Shown in pieces: positions 1 through 13,879 of a stretch of DNA of 64,000 nt. Position 1 is the stretch's first letter; the number at the start of each line of letters is the position of its first letter. Below the pieces are notes generated by a model. That model saw only the letters and a program-made list of their open reading frames with translations. It ran no database searches and was not told the origin of the DNA. Origin of the DNA: Macrostomum lignano (taxonomy: Eukaryota); the NCBI GenBank assembly GCA_002269645.1, contig NIVC01000955.1, forward strand, positions 248,001 through 312,000. The letters are read 5' to 3'. Position numbers and translations under genes: made by a program.

Positions 1-2060
1 CTGATGCAGTGTCTGATGCAGTGTCTGATGAGGTGTATGATGCAGTGTCTGGTGAGGTGTATGATGCAGTGTCTGTTGAGGTGTCTGGTGAGATGTCTGG
101 TTAGGTGTATGATGCAGTGTCTGTTGAGGTGTATGATGCAGTGTCTGTTGAGGTGTCTGATGCAGTGTCTGGTTAGGTGTCTGATGCAGTGTCTGGTGAG
201 GTGTCTCGTGAGGTGTCTGATGCAGTGTCTGGTGAGGTGTCTGATGCAGTGTCTGATGAGGTGTATGATGCAGTGTCTGGTGAGGTGTCTGGTGAGGTGT
301 CTGGTGAGGTGTCTGATGCAGTGTCTGGTGAGGTGTCTGATGCAGTGTCTGGTGAGGTGTCTGATGCAGTGTCTGGTGAGGTGTATGATGCAGTGTCTGG
401 TGAGGTGTCTGATGCAGTGTCTGGTGAGGTGTCTGATGCAGTGTCTGGTGAGGTGTATGATGCAGTGTCTGGTGAGGTGTCTGATGCAGTGTCTGGTGAG
501 GTGTCTGATGCAGTGTCTGGTGAGGTGTCTGGTGAGGTGTCTGGTGAGGTGTCTGGTGAGGTGTTTGATGAGGTGTCTGATGCAGTGTCTGGTGAGGTGT
601 CTGATGCAGTGTCTGATGAGGTGTCTGGTGCAGTGTCTGGTGAGGTGTATGATGCAGTGTCTGTTGAGGTGTCTGGTGAGATGTCTGGTTAGGTGTATGA
701 TGCAGTGTCTGTTGAGGTGTATGATGCAGTGTCTGTTGAGGTGTCTGATGCAGTGTCTGGTTAGGTGTCTGATGCAGTGTCTGGTGAGGTGTCTCGTGAG
801 GTGTCTGATGCAGTGTCTGGTGAGGTGTCTGATGCAGTGTCTGATGAGGTGTATGATGCAGTGTCTGGTGAGGTGTCTGGTGAGGTGTCTGGTGAGGTGT
901 CTGATGCAGTGTCTGGTGAGGTGTCTGATGCAGTGTCTGGTGAGGTGTCTGATGCAGTGTCTGGTGAGGTGTATGATGCAGTGTCTGGTGAGGTGTCTGA
1001 TGCAGTGTCTGGTGAGGTGTCTGATGCAGTGTCTGGTGAGGTGTATGATGCAGTGTCTGGTGAGGTGTCTGATGCAGTGTCTGGTGAGGTGTCTGATGCA
1101 GTGTCTGGTGAGGTGTCTGGTGAGGTGTCTGGTGAGGTGTCTGGTGAGGTGTTTGATGAGGTGTCTGATGCAGTGTCTGGTGAGGTGTCTGATGCAGTGT
1201 CTGGTGAGGTGTCTGGTGCAGTGTCTGGTGAGGTGTCTGATGCAGTGTCTGGTGAGGTGCCTGGTGAGATGTCTGGTGAGGTGTATGATGCAGTGTCTGG
1301 TGAGGTGTATGATGCAGTGTCTGGTGAGGTGTCTGATGCAGTGTCTGGTGAGGTGTCTGGTGAGGTGTCTGGTTAGGTGTCTGATGCAGTGTCTGATGCA
1401 GTGTCTGATGAGGTGTATGATGCAGTGTCTGGTGAGGTGTTTGATGAGGTGTCTGATGCAGTGTCTGGTGAGGTGTCTGATGCAGTGTCTGGTGAGGTGT
1501 CTGGTGCAGTGTCTGGTGAGGTGTCTGATTCAGTGTCTGGTGAGGTGCCTGGTGAGATGTCTGGTGAGGTGTATGATGCAGTGTCTGGTGAGGTGTATGA
1601 TGCAGTGTCTGGTGAGGTGTCTGGTGAGGTGTCTGGTTAGGTGTCTGATGCAGTGTCTGATGCAGTGTCTGGTGAGGTGTATGATGCAGTGTCTGATGAG
1701 GTGTATGATGCAGTGTCTGGTGAGGTGTCTGATGCAGTGTCTGGTGAGGTGTCTGGTGAGGTGTCTGGTTAGGTGTCTGATGCAGTGTCTGGTGAGGTGT
1801 CTGGTGAGGTGTCTGGTGAGGTGTCTGATGCAGTGTCTGATGCAGTGTCTGATGAGGTGTATGATGCAGTGTCTGGTGAGGTGTCTGATGCAGTGTCTGG
1901 TGAGGTGTCTGGTGAGGTGTCTGGTTAGGTGTCTGATGCAGTGTCTGGTGAGGTGTCTGGTGAGGTGTCTGGTTAGGTGTCTGATGCAGTGTCTGATGCA
2001 GTGTCTGATGAGGTGTATGATGCAGTGTCTGGTGAGGTGTCTGGTGAGGTGTCTGGTTAG
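1..2060. repeat. 12-bp minisatellite (GTGTCTGATGCA / GTGTCTGGTGAG variants) with a 588-bp higher-order duplication
   Basis: Direct reading. The rare variant GTGTCTCGTGAG occurs at 201 and 789 (588 bp = 49 units apart). The array runs off the window start. Confidence 0.97.
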
Positions 2061-3017
2061 AAGGGGGACAGCAGAAAAATGAGGGAGGCGAGAAGGGAGA
2101 GAGGAGAGAATGGAGATTAGAGAGGTAACTGAGAAGAGACAAACCTCGTTCGAGCCGGATTGCTATTGTGAAGTTTCAAAGGACCCAAGGACCGGATGGA
2201 GAGGCTTTGCGGGCCGAATGTGGCTCACAGGTAGATTGTCAACCTCCTCTGTGTCTCTGGTGCCTCGTCAGCTGCGTCTTACTAAACCGAATTTCTAGAG
2301 AGGAAGCTTCCAGCTCGGTCTGCCGACCAGCTGTTGAGGATCTCGCTCTGTCCAGGTGCAGTCTCTCTCCGCTCCCAACCCTTCATCCCACTCGACTCGA
2401 CCTTCGCCTTCTGTTCTTCTGCCGGAAATTCAAAACAGACGTATGTAGTGTATAACTGGCCTGCGATTCCATACCTTTTCCTCTCTGTTTCGGAGTTTCC
2501 GCTTGCATCGAGTCTGATAGACCTAGGCTAGGGTATAGGTATTTTCTACGAGTATATTCCTTTTCGCTACTGAAGCCAACTGGAATGTTTATTTATGAAT
2601 ACTTACAGTATGTGGGATCTTCTTCCTGCCCAGTTTATAAATCCCGTATAGGTATCTAAGTGTCTAAACCCCATCACGATCAGCTATTTATACTCTTTAT
2701 AGTTATAAAAATATCGTAATCCCGTGCAGATCAATCATATAGCTGGGTATCACGCCAAATTATCTGGGTATACGGCGGGCCGCGTCTCATTAATATACGA
2801 GGAAGAGAAACTACGCATGACTTGTTGTTTCAAGTTTATAATAACGATTAGATAAACACGCGCAGGGAAGTGATTTTTTTGCACCACCTGGCCGCTTCTT
2901 GGATGAACTTTGCCGTTTTGCGTCTATGGATTATGAATAGGGATAGAAATAAGATATGGATACTAGAGATTCGTCACAAACAAACTCAACTGGGCCTGGG
3001 GGTTGCTTTGACCGACT

Positions 3018-3885
3018 GGGGAAGAAAGCGGGATACAGTGAGATTAGAGGGGAAGAGAGCGGGATACAGTCAGATTGGAGGGGAGGAGAGTGGGATACAG
3101 TGAGATTGGAAGGGAAGAGAGTGAGATACGGTGAGATTAGAGAGGAAGAGAGTGTGATGCAGTGAGAATGGAGGGAAATAGAGTGGGATACAGTGAGATT
3201 GGAGGGGAAGAGAGTAGGATGCAGTGAGATTGGAAGGGAAGAGAGTGAGATACGGTGAGATTAGAGAGGAAGAGAGCGGGATACAGTGAGATTAGAGGGG
3301 AAGAGAGTGGGATACAGTGAGATTAGAGGGGAAGAGAGCGGGAAGCAGTGAGATTAGAGAGGAAGAGAGCGGGATACAGTGAGAGAGGGGAAGAGAGTGT
3401 GAGGCAGTGAGATTAGAGGGGAAGAGAGCGGGATACCGTGAGATTGGAGGGAAATAGAGTGGGATACAGTGAGATTGGAGGGGAAGAGAGTAGGATGCAG
3501 TGAGATTGGAAGGGAAGAGAGTGAGATACGGTGAGATTAGAGAGGAAGAGAGCGGGATACAGTGAGATTAGAGGGGAAGAGAGTGGGATACAGTGAGATT
3601 AGAGGGGAAGAGAGCGGGAAGCAGTGAGATTAGAGAGGAAGAGAGCGGGATACAGTGAGAGAGGGGAAGAGAGTGTGAGGCAGTGAGATTAGAGGGGAAG
3701 AGAGCGGGATACCGTGAGATTGGAGGGGAAGAGAGTGGGATACGGTGAGATTAGAGGAAAGAGAGTGTGATGCAGTGAGAATGGAGGGAAAGAGAGTGGG
3801 ATGCAGTGAGATTGGAGGGGAAGAGAGGGGGATGCAGTGAGATTGGGAAAGAGTGTGATGTGAGATTAGAGGGGAAGAAGGGGGA
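3018..3885. repeat. 31-bp purine-rich minisatellite (GGGATACAGTGAGATTAGAGGGGAAGAGAGC)
   Basis: Units start at 3030 and 3061 and continue. An internal block of about 275 bp is duplicated. Confidence 0.93.
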
Positions 3886-4442
3886 TCACGGATGCGCTCA
3901 CAGCATAAAAATAGCTGATGAAGACCGCGATGACTCCAAACCTCAGTTTGATTGCAATCAGAGAAGCCATTCTTCATGGAAAAAATGGAATCAGAGTCTA
4001 TACTTTCTGCATATGCAAGAGTTTCACTTTATCAGCTTTATATTTATGAGTAGATGTATTGCATAGAAATATAGAAATTATATGTAATTCACTCAGTGAA
4101 ACGCTCAAACAGCTATATAGTAGAACTAATATGAATGCATTTTTAAATTTATAACTGTGGCAATAGCAATGGCATATTGGCAGTACTTGTATATTGCATA
4201 GACATCCAGATACACCAGCAAGCTCACTGCTCAAGCTGCTCGAAGGAGCTGGCAAAGCAACTCAACTTAGCCAAGCGAGATCACGCACTTATCGGACTTG
4301 TTGTTCTCAAGAAATAAGTGGAGAGGAAACAAGAAAAAGGAAAACTAAAAATAGTTAATTATATCGACTTAAGGGAGCTGCGATGCTAGGGAGCAAGATC
4401 GATATGCTATGCAAGTGGCGCAAACAGTGCATGCGTACGGGA

Positions 4443-4660
4443 CCTACTGAGGGCCGGGTGCTAGTCCAATGTGCTAAAACCATTATATTCTTATACTGCA
4501 CACCTATTGAGGGCTGGGTGCTAGTCCAATATACGAAAACCCTCATAGTCTTATACTGCACACCTATTGAGGGCCGGGTGCTAGTCCAATGTGCTAAAAC
4601 CATTATATTCTTATACTGCACACCTATTGAGGGCCGGGTGCTAGTCCAATATACTAAAAC
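4443..4660. repeat. 60-bp tandem repeat, about 3.6 copies, alternating A/B variants
   Basis: Successive 60-nt lines align (CCTATTGAGGGCCGGGTGCTAGTCCAAT...). Confidence 0.93.
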
Positions 4661-5091
4661 TTATAGCTATTGAAGAGCTGAGTGTTAGCAGGATACTAAA
4701 ACCGTAGTTGTACTACGCTAAGAAAATGAGCACAAATAAACAAATAAACAAAATCGAAACCTAATAGTTAGCAAAAAAAGTGCAAGCAGACAAAGTGAAT
4801 GGAAAAGGCAAGATTTAAAGTTTCGCAATTTACTCTATGCTACTAAAATATTTTGCTGTACACTGTACGCTGTACCATAATCAATCTCTTAGCGCAGAGT
4901 CAAAATTTACTGACAAGAGAGATCAGTGACATACCCAGACCGTTATTTATCAATTGAATTATTTTCAAAGTCGTAATCAATAGTCTCACGTGGACTCGAA
5001 ATCTCGATCAGCTTCGCTATTTTAAATGCATTCTAAAGACGCCGGATCAAGTAACACTGTACACAGAGCTTTTTTCAGTTTCAACGCAAGT

Positions 5092-7201
5092 TTAGGTGTG
5101 GTTGAAGACAATCCGGTGACCGGTATAGTCCAGGAACTCGGTCTCGCCCATTCCATTCGATGATGAAGACGTTGTTATTGGCAGGTGTTGCTGCTGCTGT
5201 TGCTTGTGATGCTGTTGGTGTTTGGACAGCAAAGTCTGCACTGCGGCGCTCGCGCCCGAACCCGAAGATGTTGAAGACAGCGACACGCCGGCGCCTGTCG
5301 GCATATTATGCGGCGGCATTGGCAGCGTGTGCTGAGGCGGCGGAGGCGGTGGCTGATTCGGCGGCGGCGGCTGCTGCGGCTGTTTCGGCAGCAGGCAGGG
5401 CTGGTCGATTCGGGGCACGTCGTACTCGTGCGACGGCGGCCTGTGCGAGTTGTAGCTGTATGAGTAGGGCGGCCCGGCGTAGCCAGCGGCCCAGCGCTTT
5501 TTGTCGCGCTTATTGTACCACTGGATCGCCTGGCAAGCCAGCAGGAAGACCAAGCTGGTAGCCATGAAGGTGCCAACCACTGCGATGATCATCTCGATCA
5601 GGGTGAACTGCTTTCGGGAGAAATAATCGCCGCCGACGCCACCGTCACCGCTGATCGGTTTCTGCGGCTCCGTCGGCAGTTTCGGCCTGGTCGACGTCGA
5701 CGAGGAATCCGAATCATCGGTGCCTCCTGACCCAGTCTTTGATTCCGAGGCGGTGCCCTCGGACTCGACAGCCGGCGGCCAGTGCAGCGTCAGAGAGAAA
5801 TTGGTCAACTGGCCGTCTTCGCTGCGCGCTGTCAGGGTGTACTTCTCGCGCTCGTAGCCCGGCGTTCGATGAACAGACTGACGGAAGGTGGCGCCGCTGC
5901 TCTGATAGGTGCGACTAGGATAGGCGTTTGGCAGTTCTGGGTAGATTGCCAGGTGACGGTAGGTCCAAACCAGCGGCCCAGACTGGTGAGTGGACGCTGA
6001 GCAGATCAGCTGAGCAGAGTCCGGCTCCAGGCGGATGTCGACTGAGCGAATCTCCGGCGCCTGACAGGGAAAGTCGCTGGGCGATAGGCGAGTTAGCTCG
6101 ACGTCGTGCAGAGTTGGAGGGCTGCCGCACTTTGGTAGCTTGCTCGACTGTAAGTTTTAGAAAAATTGGGTTTGAATTATTTTTTTCTCAGTTATTTGTT
6201 ATTGTTATAAGCGCCAATTATACCGCCAATTAATTTGGACTGTAAAAACAGGGTGTTAGTGCCTAAAAAAGGCAATAAATTTTAGCCAATCAATTACTGT
6301 ACAGTTCGTGAGCTATTTGATGCTAAAAATAGCAGCCAATAGCCCATTGTACAGTGTATCGGGCACTTGATGCTAAAAATAGCAGCCAATCAGGCACTGT
6401 TACAGTGTGTGAGCCTCTTGCAGAAAAATATAGACTTGCCTTAATGATTTGTGGCGATACTCTGTTCCAATCGATGCTCTCGCTGATCCATTTATTAGTG
6501 CAGAAGCACGACAAAGGATTCTCGTCCAAGTAGAACACCCGGAGACGCCGCACCAGCTGAATAGCTTCGCTCGGCACCACCTGAATAGAATTCTGCGACA
6601 GCGTCAGCTCGTGCAGGTTTCGAATAACCTGCAAGCTGTCCCAGGGAAACTCCTGCAGGCCGCACTTCGACAACACCAGACGTTCCAATGAGAAATTGAG
6701 AAACGTCTCTGCAGTCAACGTTAGTCGAGGATTCTCGCTAAGCGTGAGCACCGCCATTTCCCGGTGGCGAAAAAGCGCCGCAGGCAGGCGTTCCAGCGTG
6801 TTGTTGCTAAGGTCGAGTTCGCGAATGTGCGCCAGGTCGGCCAGAGCGTCCGGCTCGATGCCGATAAGGCCGCAGTTGACCAACCCCACCCGAGTCAGAT
6901 TCGCGTAGCCTTTAAGAAGGCTGCGAGTTAATCGCCGATTGTTAATTTTCGGAGAATTCCTACAATTAATGTACAGCTCTCGGTAAGCCAGCGGGTCGAC
7001 ATCCAATTCCCTGAGGATTCCACTGTTTGGCGCAAATTCGGCCAGGTTCGTGCTGCCGTGGAGTTGGTCTTTCACCTTGTGGAAGTCGCAGGTAATGCTG
7101 GGCAAATCGCAGATGCAGTAGCCGCAGTTGGTCAGCTGTACGCTTGGCGATGGCAGAAGGGAGGCGCATAGCAGTATGGCAAACAGGGAACTGATGGACA
7201 T
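5092..7201 (-). CDS. LRR + LRRCT + Ig-like + TM type I membrane protein (LIG family), about 605 aa, two coding exons 7201-6440 and 6147-5092
   Basis: Exon 1: signal peptide MSISSLFAILLCASLLP, Cys-rich LRRNT, LRRs (LRELDV, LTRVGL, IRELDLSNNTL, LERLVLSKCGL, LHELTLSQNSI) and NPLSCFC. Exon 2 translated by hand in the same frame as ORF 5092-5808: KLPKCGSPPTLHDVELTRLSPSDFPC (rest of LRRCT), LICSAS..LVWTY..YTLTARSEDGQLTNFSLTL (Ig-like), TM IIAVVGTFMATSLVFLLA, Pro/Gln-rich tail. Phase-0 junction AAG|gcaagt ... ttacag|TCG. Confidence 0.88.
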
Positions 7202-8404
7202 GTCTGAGAGCGAGTTGAATCCTGTGTAGGATTAAATGGTTGGATGTGCATTACAGTCAATCCAATTCTGATTGCATAGGATTCTTTGTGGGCGCTTAGT
7301 GGGTGCCATTGTAAGCACATGGTGCCAGTTAGCGCTTAGGGGGCTCCATTGGGTGCTTAGCGGATTGCCAGTTAGCGCTTAGGGGGCTCCGTCGAGCGCT
7401 TAGCACAATGCCAGTTAGCGCTTAGGGGGCTCCCTAAGGTGGTCGCTTAGGGAGTCAGTTGACCTCCCCAGAAAAAAAGTCATGAGAGGCCGAGTAATGA
7501 TGGACTAAAGAAAACTAAAAAAAGAATGAAAAATTCCGGAATCCTGGATCAACTAACCCATCGATTCAAAATTCAAACAGAATAGCATATCCTCTCTTAT
7601 ATACAGAAAAATGTATACACAATGCTCTTATCAATATCAAGTGGAGCAATTCAGAATTTAAGCTGCTAGCTGACTCCTAATATCCATATATATATAAATG
7701 TAAAATCCAGCCACTCTAATCCTCAATATGATTATGAAACACAACACAGGAAAACAGGTCCTCTCAGTGCAGTGGCAGTGCAGCGGGGGTCGTAAAATAG
7801 AAAATTTATTATCAAAATTTACGACATTGGGGGACAGCGTTTGCGTGTTTGGGAGCTCGGTTCCGACTTCGATAGTGTAAGAATGCACAGTCTGTATCTA
7901 AAAGCCATCAGAGCTTTGCACAAACCAGCTGAGTTCAAATTGTATACTTGGGGCAGGGTCAAGCAAAGCCGAAAAATGGGGGAGAAAAGTAGGATCTGTA
8001 GCTATAGGTAAGGGGATCTGATCCCATATAGCCAAACCAGATGCTCGGCCGCCTTATCTGTCCGCTTGGCGATGAAAATTGGGATTTCACGGTGATCCGC
8101 CGTGGCATGCATGGGATCTGTTTGGGATTTTCTTCTGTTGGGATGCGCGGGTGGGGGGTGGGGCCGGGCGCAGATGGGAACTATATGGGGATGAGAAATA
8201 GAACGGGAATTTTACGGCGCGACTATCGTGTGGATTCGAATAGCGTGGGATTTCGGCCCCAAGGTGAACTCCCTTTGTATAGCCCCCCCCCCTCGGTCTC
8301 GGCCTCATTTGCTAATGCCGAGCCAGCTTTGAATAGGAGAAATTCGCCTGGCATGAGCAGTGCTGGGGATTCTCCGGCTGCCGGTTGGACTCAGAAGCCT
8401 TGCT

Positions 8405-9036
<632 letters not shown>

Positions 9037-9511
9037 CACTAATGCAATAAATAAAATAAGTTTCTACAGGATTTTGGGTACAAGTTGTACTTTTAACTCT
9101 GCATAATCGAATTAATTATGCACGCAACACAGCGCAATCACCAACAAAGTCACCTTAAGCCGCGGCCCTTTCATTTGAAGTCGAAATTAAATTCCGGTAC
9201 TTGGGTAGCAACACCAATTCTCTTCTATTCCTGTATGCTGTAGTGTTTTAAGTTTCTTTCAACGGGAAGTCAGGGTTCCTAAAAATGCTAATACGAGTAT
9301 TATATTAAACTGGATAGACCTTTAGTTTCTGTGGCTCTCTCTGCTGGTGAGAAAATTGAATAGAAAAGTAGTTGAGCTCAAGGTGCAATACCCGAATTGC
9401 CTAGCGGAAAAGACCAATTGGCAAGTTGAATATGGAACACTAGCCCAGCCCAAAGTCTCTGGACTTCCGGAGTAGCTGCTCTGTCTTCGTTCGAGATTAG
9501 ATAATCGTTCC

Positions 9512-10860
9512 AAGAGAATCACCCTAGACTTACAGAATCGCCCTAGAGATCTGCTTTAAGATATTGGCCCCTAGAGATACGCCCCAAAAGAATCGCCTTA
9601 AAAGAATCGCCCTAGAGAATCATTCTAGAGATTCGCCCCCAGAGAATCGCCCCTAGAGAATCGCCCATAGAGAATCGCCGCAAAAAAAGCTCTAGAGAAT
9701 CGCCCCTAGAGATTAGCCCCAAAATAATCACCCATAGAGGATCGCTCTAAAGAATCGCCCCTATAGAATCGCTCTAGAGAATCGCCCCTAGAGATTCGCC
9801 CCTAGAGATTCGCCCCTAGAGATTCGCCCCTAGATAATCGCCCAAAGAGAATCGCTCTAGAGAATCGCCCCAAAAGAATCGCCCTAGAGAATCGCCCCTA
9901 GAGATTCACCCCAAAAGAATCGCCCTAGAGAATCGCCTCTAGAGATTAGCCCCAAAAGAATCAACCTAGAGAATCGCCTCTAGAGATTAGCCCCAAAAGA
10001 ATCAACCTAGAGAATCGCCTCTAGAGATTAGCCCCAAAAGAATCGCCCTAGAGAATCGCCTCTAGAGATTCGCCCCAAAAGAATCGCCCCTAGAGAATCG
10101 CCTCTAGAAATTAGCCCCAAAAGAATCGCCCTAGAGAATCGCCTCTAGAGATTCGCCCCAAAAGAATCGCCCTAGAGAATCGCCCCTAGAGATTCACCCC
10201 AAAAGAATCGCCCTAGAGAATCGCCTCTAGAAATTCGCCCCAAAAGAATCGCCCTAGAGAATCGCCTCTAGAGATTAGCCCCAAAAGAATCGCCCTAGAG
10301 AATCGCCCCTAGAGATTCACCCCAAAAGAATCGCCCTAGAGAATCGCCTCTAGAGATTAGCCCCAAAAGAATCAACCTAGAGAATCGCCTCTAGAGATTA
10401 GCCCCAAAAGAATCAACCTAGAGAATCGCCTCTAGAGATTAGCCCCAAAAGAATCGCCCTAGAGAATCGCCTCTAGAGATTCGCCCCAAAAGAATCGCCC
10501 CTAGAGAATCGCCTCTAGAAATTAGCCCCAAAAGAATCGCCCTAGAGAATCGCCTCTAGAGATTCGCCCCAAAAGAATCGCCCTAGAGAATCGCCCCTAG
10601 AGATTCACCCCAAAAGAATCGCCCTAGAGAATCGCCTCTAGAAATTCGCCCCAAAAGAATCGCCCTAGAGAATCGCCTCTAGAGATTAGCCCCAAAAGAA
10701 TCGCCCTAGAGAATCGCCTCTAGAGATTCGCCCCAAAAGAATCGCCCTAGAGAATCGCCCCTAGAGAATCGCCCCTAGAGATTCGCCCCAAAAGAATCGC
10801 CCTAGAGAATCGCCTCTAGACAATCTCCCCTAGAGATTCATCCCAAAAGAATCGCCCTAT
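9512..10860 (+). repeat. Satellite A: 13-15-bp TAGAGAATCGCCC-type units arranged as about 43-bp trimers
   Basis: Direct reading. It is the reverse complement of the array at 16593-17817. Confidence 0.95.
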
Positions 10861-12404
10861 ATCACTATGCTAGATAAAAACAGAATCTTTCTATCTTGTC
10901 AGTGTTAGCCTTGCGTCAATGTAGGTTAATAATCGAATGGTTGCAACAGCTTCAAAGTCAAACGCAACATTCTCTCTCCGCCAAGCAGCTATCTTTCAAT
11001 TTACGAGCTGTGGGCCTCGCTTCGAGTCTAATAGTATCCGTGCTTTTTATTGCTTCCCGATATTCAATTCAACTCCCCCTTTACAGTCTCCATCGTTTCC
11101 CAGTTTCCTCATGTTATGCAGATTGAGATTTTATAACCCCTGCAGCGCTTTCAGAACGGCTCGATCCATACCTAGCATATGTTTTATATTATCCCTTAGT
11201 TCTGCTTGGTGGGTGGGCCTTATAATAAATTATGATGTGCACTATGGAAATGCTTTTTGAAAGCTAGACAGACAGATACAGGCACCATGTCATTTTACTT
11301 ATAGAGAATAGAAACGGCTAACTTGTAACTTTTAAGTCACATTTAAGCCTTCTAAGTATACCAATATTTAAACATTTGACTCTCAGTAATTGGAATCTGA
11401 GGCGAATGAAGTGGCGAATGATTGACACGTTTGACTGAGAAGACTTCTAAAAGTCCATTTTTTTAGATTTCCTAACTCCCCTTCTCTGAAGAGAGTTTAT
11501 TGAATAGGACTTAGGATTTAGCGACTCTGGATTAGTTGAAGAGCCCCCTTCTTAAAGATTTGGGAACTCAATCAGTAGCAAGAAATATTGACTTTTTATA
11601 ATAGGAATCAATCGAAAAAACCCGCATTTGACTGACACGTGTAGCAGAAAATTTCAAGCATTTTCTATTCCACAGACTTTCCAAGAAAATAAGATAAATA
11701 AATATATTATATCCACATTTCAATAATAACTTACCAAAACAAGCTGTTTGTCTGTTAATTACTCGGCTTTAACTGGTCACTGACGTCAACATTGTTTGTT
11801 TCGCTCAATTGATTAATACGAAAACACTGAGAGGACAACAACCTGCCAACTAAAGCCCCAGTGCTTGTTCCGGTCTCTCTTGACTTTTATCTATAGCGGT
11901 CTGTGGAGTTGGGGGTCTTGAAGCTGATTTTAAAAGCATCAACCCCCCCCCAAACACCCACCCCTCCTCAGCCACCAATCCCCCAGCCCAGTAGCCTATA
12001 GAATCACTCAAGACCAAGCAGAGCCAGCCAGCCAGTCCTATTGGCCAGTCAAGTAAAGGAAAAACAGGGGTCGACTTAGTGCGAGAGTAAAACCCGTTTT
12101 TAAGACTCTTTTTTAGGAAAGAAAAGCATTTACTTACGAAAACAACAATCCAGCCAGACCGATTTGTTGAAGTTCAGTCGCCGCCATGCCGAAAAAGGCG
12201 CCGATAAAACGGTGTAAAAGAGCAAACAAACACAGCGGATACGAGCTAAGGGGTTTTAGAGGGGGCTGTGTTAACTTGTATCGAAACTGTTGTTTATGCA
12301 ACGCCAAGTGTAATAGTAGATTGATAAACTAATGCTGTGAAGCATCAGTGTGTTGACTGTTGCAGCTTGAATTTGCTACTGCACTTGCATAGGATTGGGG
12401 GGAG

Positions 12405-13297
12405 TAGGTAGATAGATTTTAGATAAGTAGGTAGATTGGTTAGATTGTAGAGAAGTAGGTAGATAGATTGAAGAGAAGTAGTTAGATAGATTGTAGATAA
12501 GTGGGTAGATGAATTGTAGAAAAGTAGGTAGATAGATTGTAGAAAAGTAGGTAGATAGATTGTAGAAAAGTAGGTAGTTAGATTGTAGAAAAGTAGGTAG
12601 TTAGATTGTAGAAAAGTAGGTAGATAGATTGTAGAAAAGTAGGTAGTTAGATTGTAGAAAAGTAGGTAGATAGATTGTAGAAAAGTAGGTAGATAGATTG
12701 TAGAAAAGTAGGTAGTTAGATTGTAGAAAAGTAGGTAGTTAGATTGTAGAAAAGTAGGTAGTTAGATTGTAGAAAAGTAGGTAGTTAGATTGTAGAAAAG
12801 TAGGTAGATAGATTGTAGAAAAGTAGGTAGATAGATTGTAGAAAAGTAGGTAGTTAGATTGTAGAAAAGTAGGTAGATAGATTGTAGAAAAGTAGGTAGA
12901 TAGATTGTAGAAAAGTAGGTAGATAGATTGTAGAAAAGTAGGTAGATAGATTGTAGAAAAGTAGGTAGATAGATTGTAGAAAAGTAGGTAGATAGATTGT
13001 AGAGAAGTAGGTAGATAGATTGTAGAAAAGTAGGTAGATAGATTGTAGAAAAGTAGGTAGATAGATTGTAGAAAAGTAGGTAGATAGATTGTAGAGAAGT
13101 AGGTAGATAGATTGTAGAAAAGTAGGTAGATAGATTGTAGAAAAGTAGGTAGATAGATTGTAGAGAAGTAGGTAGATAGATTGTAGAAAAGTAGGTAGAT
13201 AGATTGTAGAAAAGTAGGTAGATAGATTGTAGAAAAGTAGGTAGATAGATTGTAGAGAAGTAGGTAGATAGATTGTAGAAAAGTAGGTAGATAGATT
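12405..13297. repeat. 23-bp minisatellite (GTAGGTAGATAGATTGTAGAAAA)
   Basis: Direct reading. Confidence 0.96.
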
Positions 13298-13879
13298 ACG
13301 AGTATGAACAAGATCTCTAAGTCTAATTCTAATATTTGTAAACACAATATAGAATGTTCGAAAAGCTTGCAGAAAGAATTCGAGGTGTTATGATTATGAA
13401 GGGAATAATCGCTACATGTTTTTTTAAAACAAAGATGCCTTGCCATCTATGTGCAAAGGAAGTTGTTTTAGTATAAAATATTTTGATTTCGATACTGCAT
13501 TGACATTTGGTCACCAATAACGGGAACGCTACAACACTCTGACTGCCTTGCACTGTACACAAACTTGAATGAATATGTTGGAGTTTGCAGCGAAATGAAA
13601 CAGAAATTCTGTAAATTTGGCGGCGAACTTCAAAAAGATTTTTAATTAGATCTGACAGCCTGATGTGACTGGCTATTTGCTAATAAACTGAAGTTTAGAA
13701 CTTGGCCCTCTGAAATGTAATCAACTGACAGGTCGTTAGCTTTGTTTATCTAATTTACTTGGTAACTTGGTAAACAGCTTCTATTCCTTTACATGGAAGA
13801 CTAACTAGTGACTACTGACAAATTATCTACTCAATGAGTTCATGAGCTTTGTCCCTGAGATCACGAATGCGTTTATGAG

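Noticed and set aside
1-2060. CTGATGA hammerhead-core heptamers in the satellite and at about 25628, 25699 and 44686
   Set aside because: No stem II followed by GAAA in the required position.
4-2082. 692-aa Cys/Met/Leu-rich ORF and overlapping SDAV/SGEV ORFs
   Set aside because: Translation of a 12-bp satellite; no splice signals or unique sequence.
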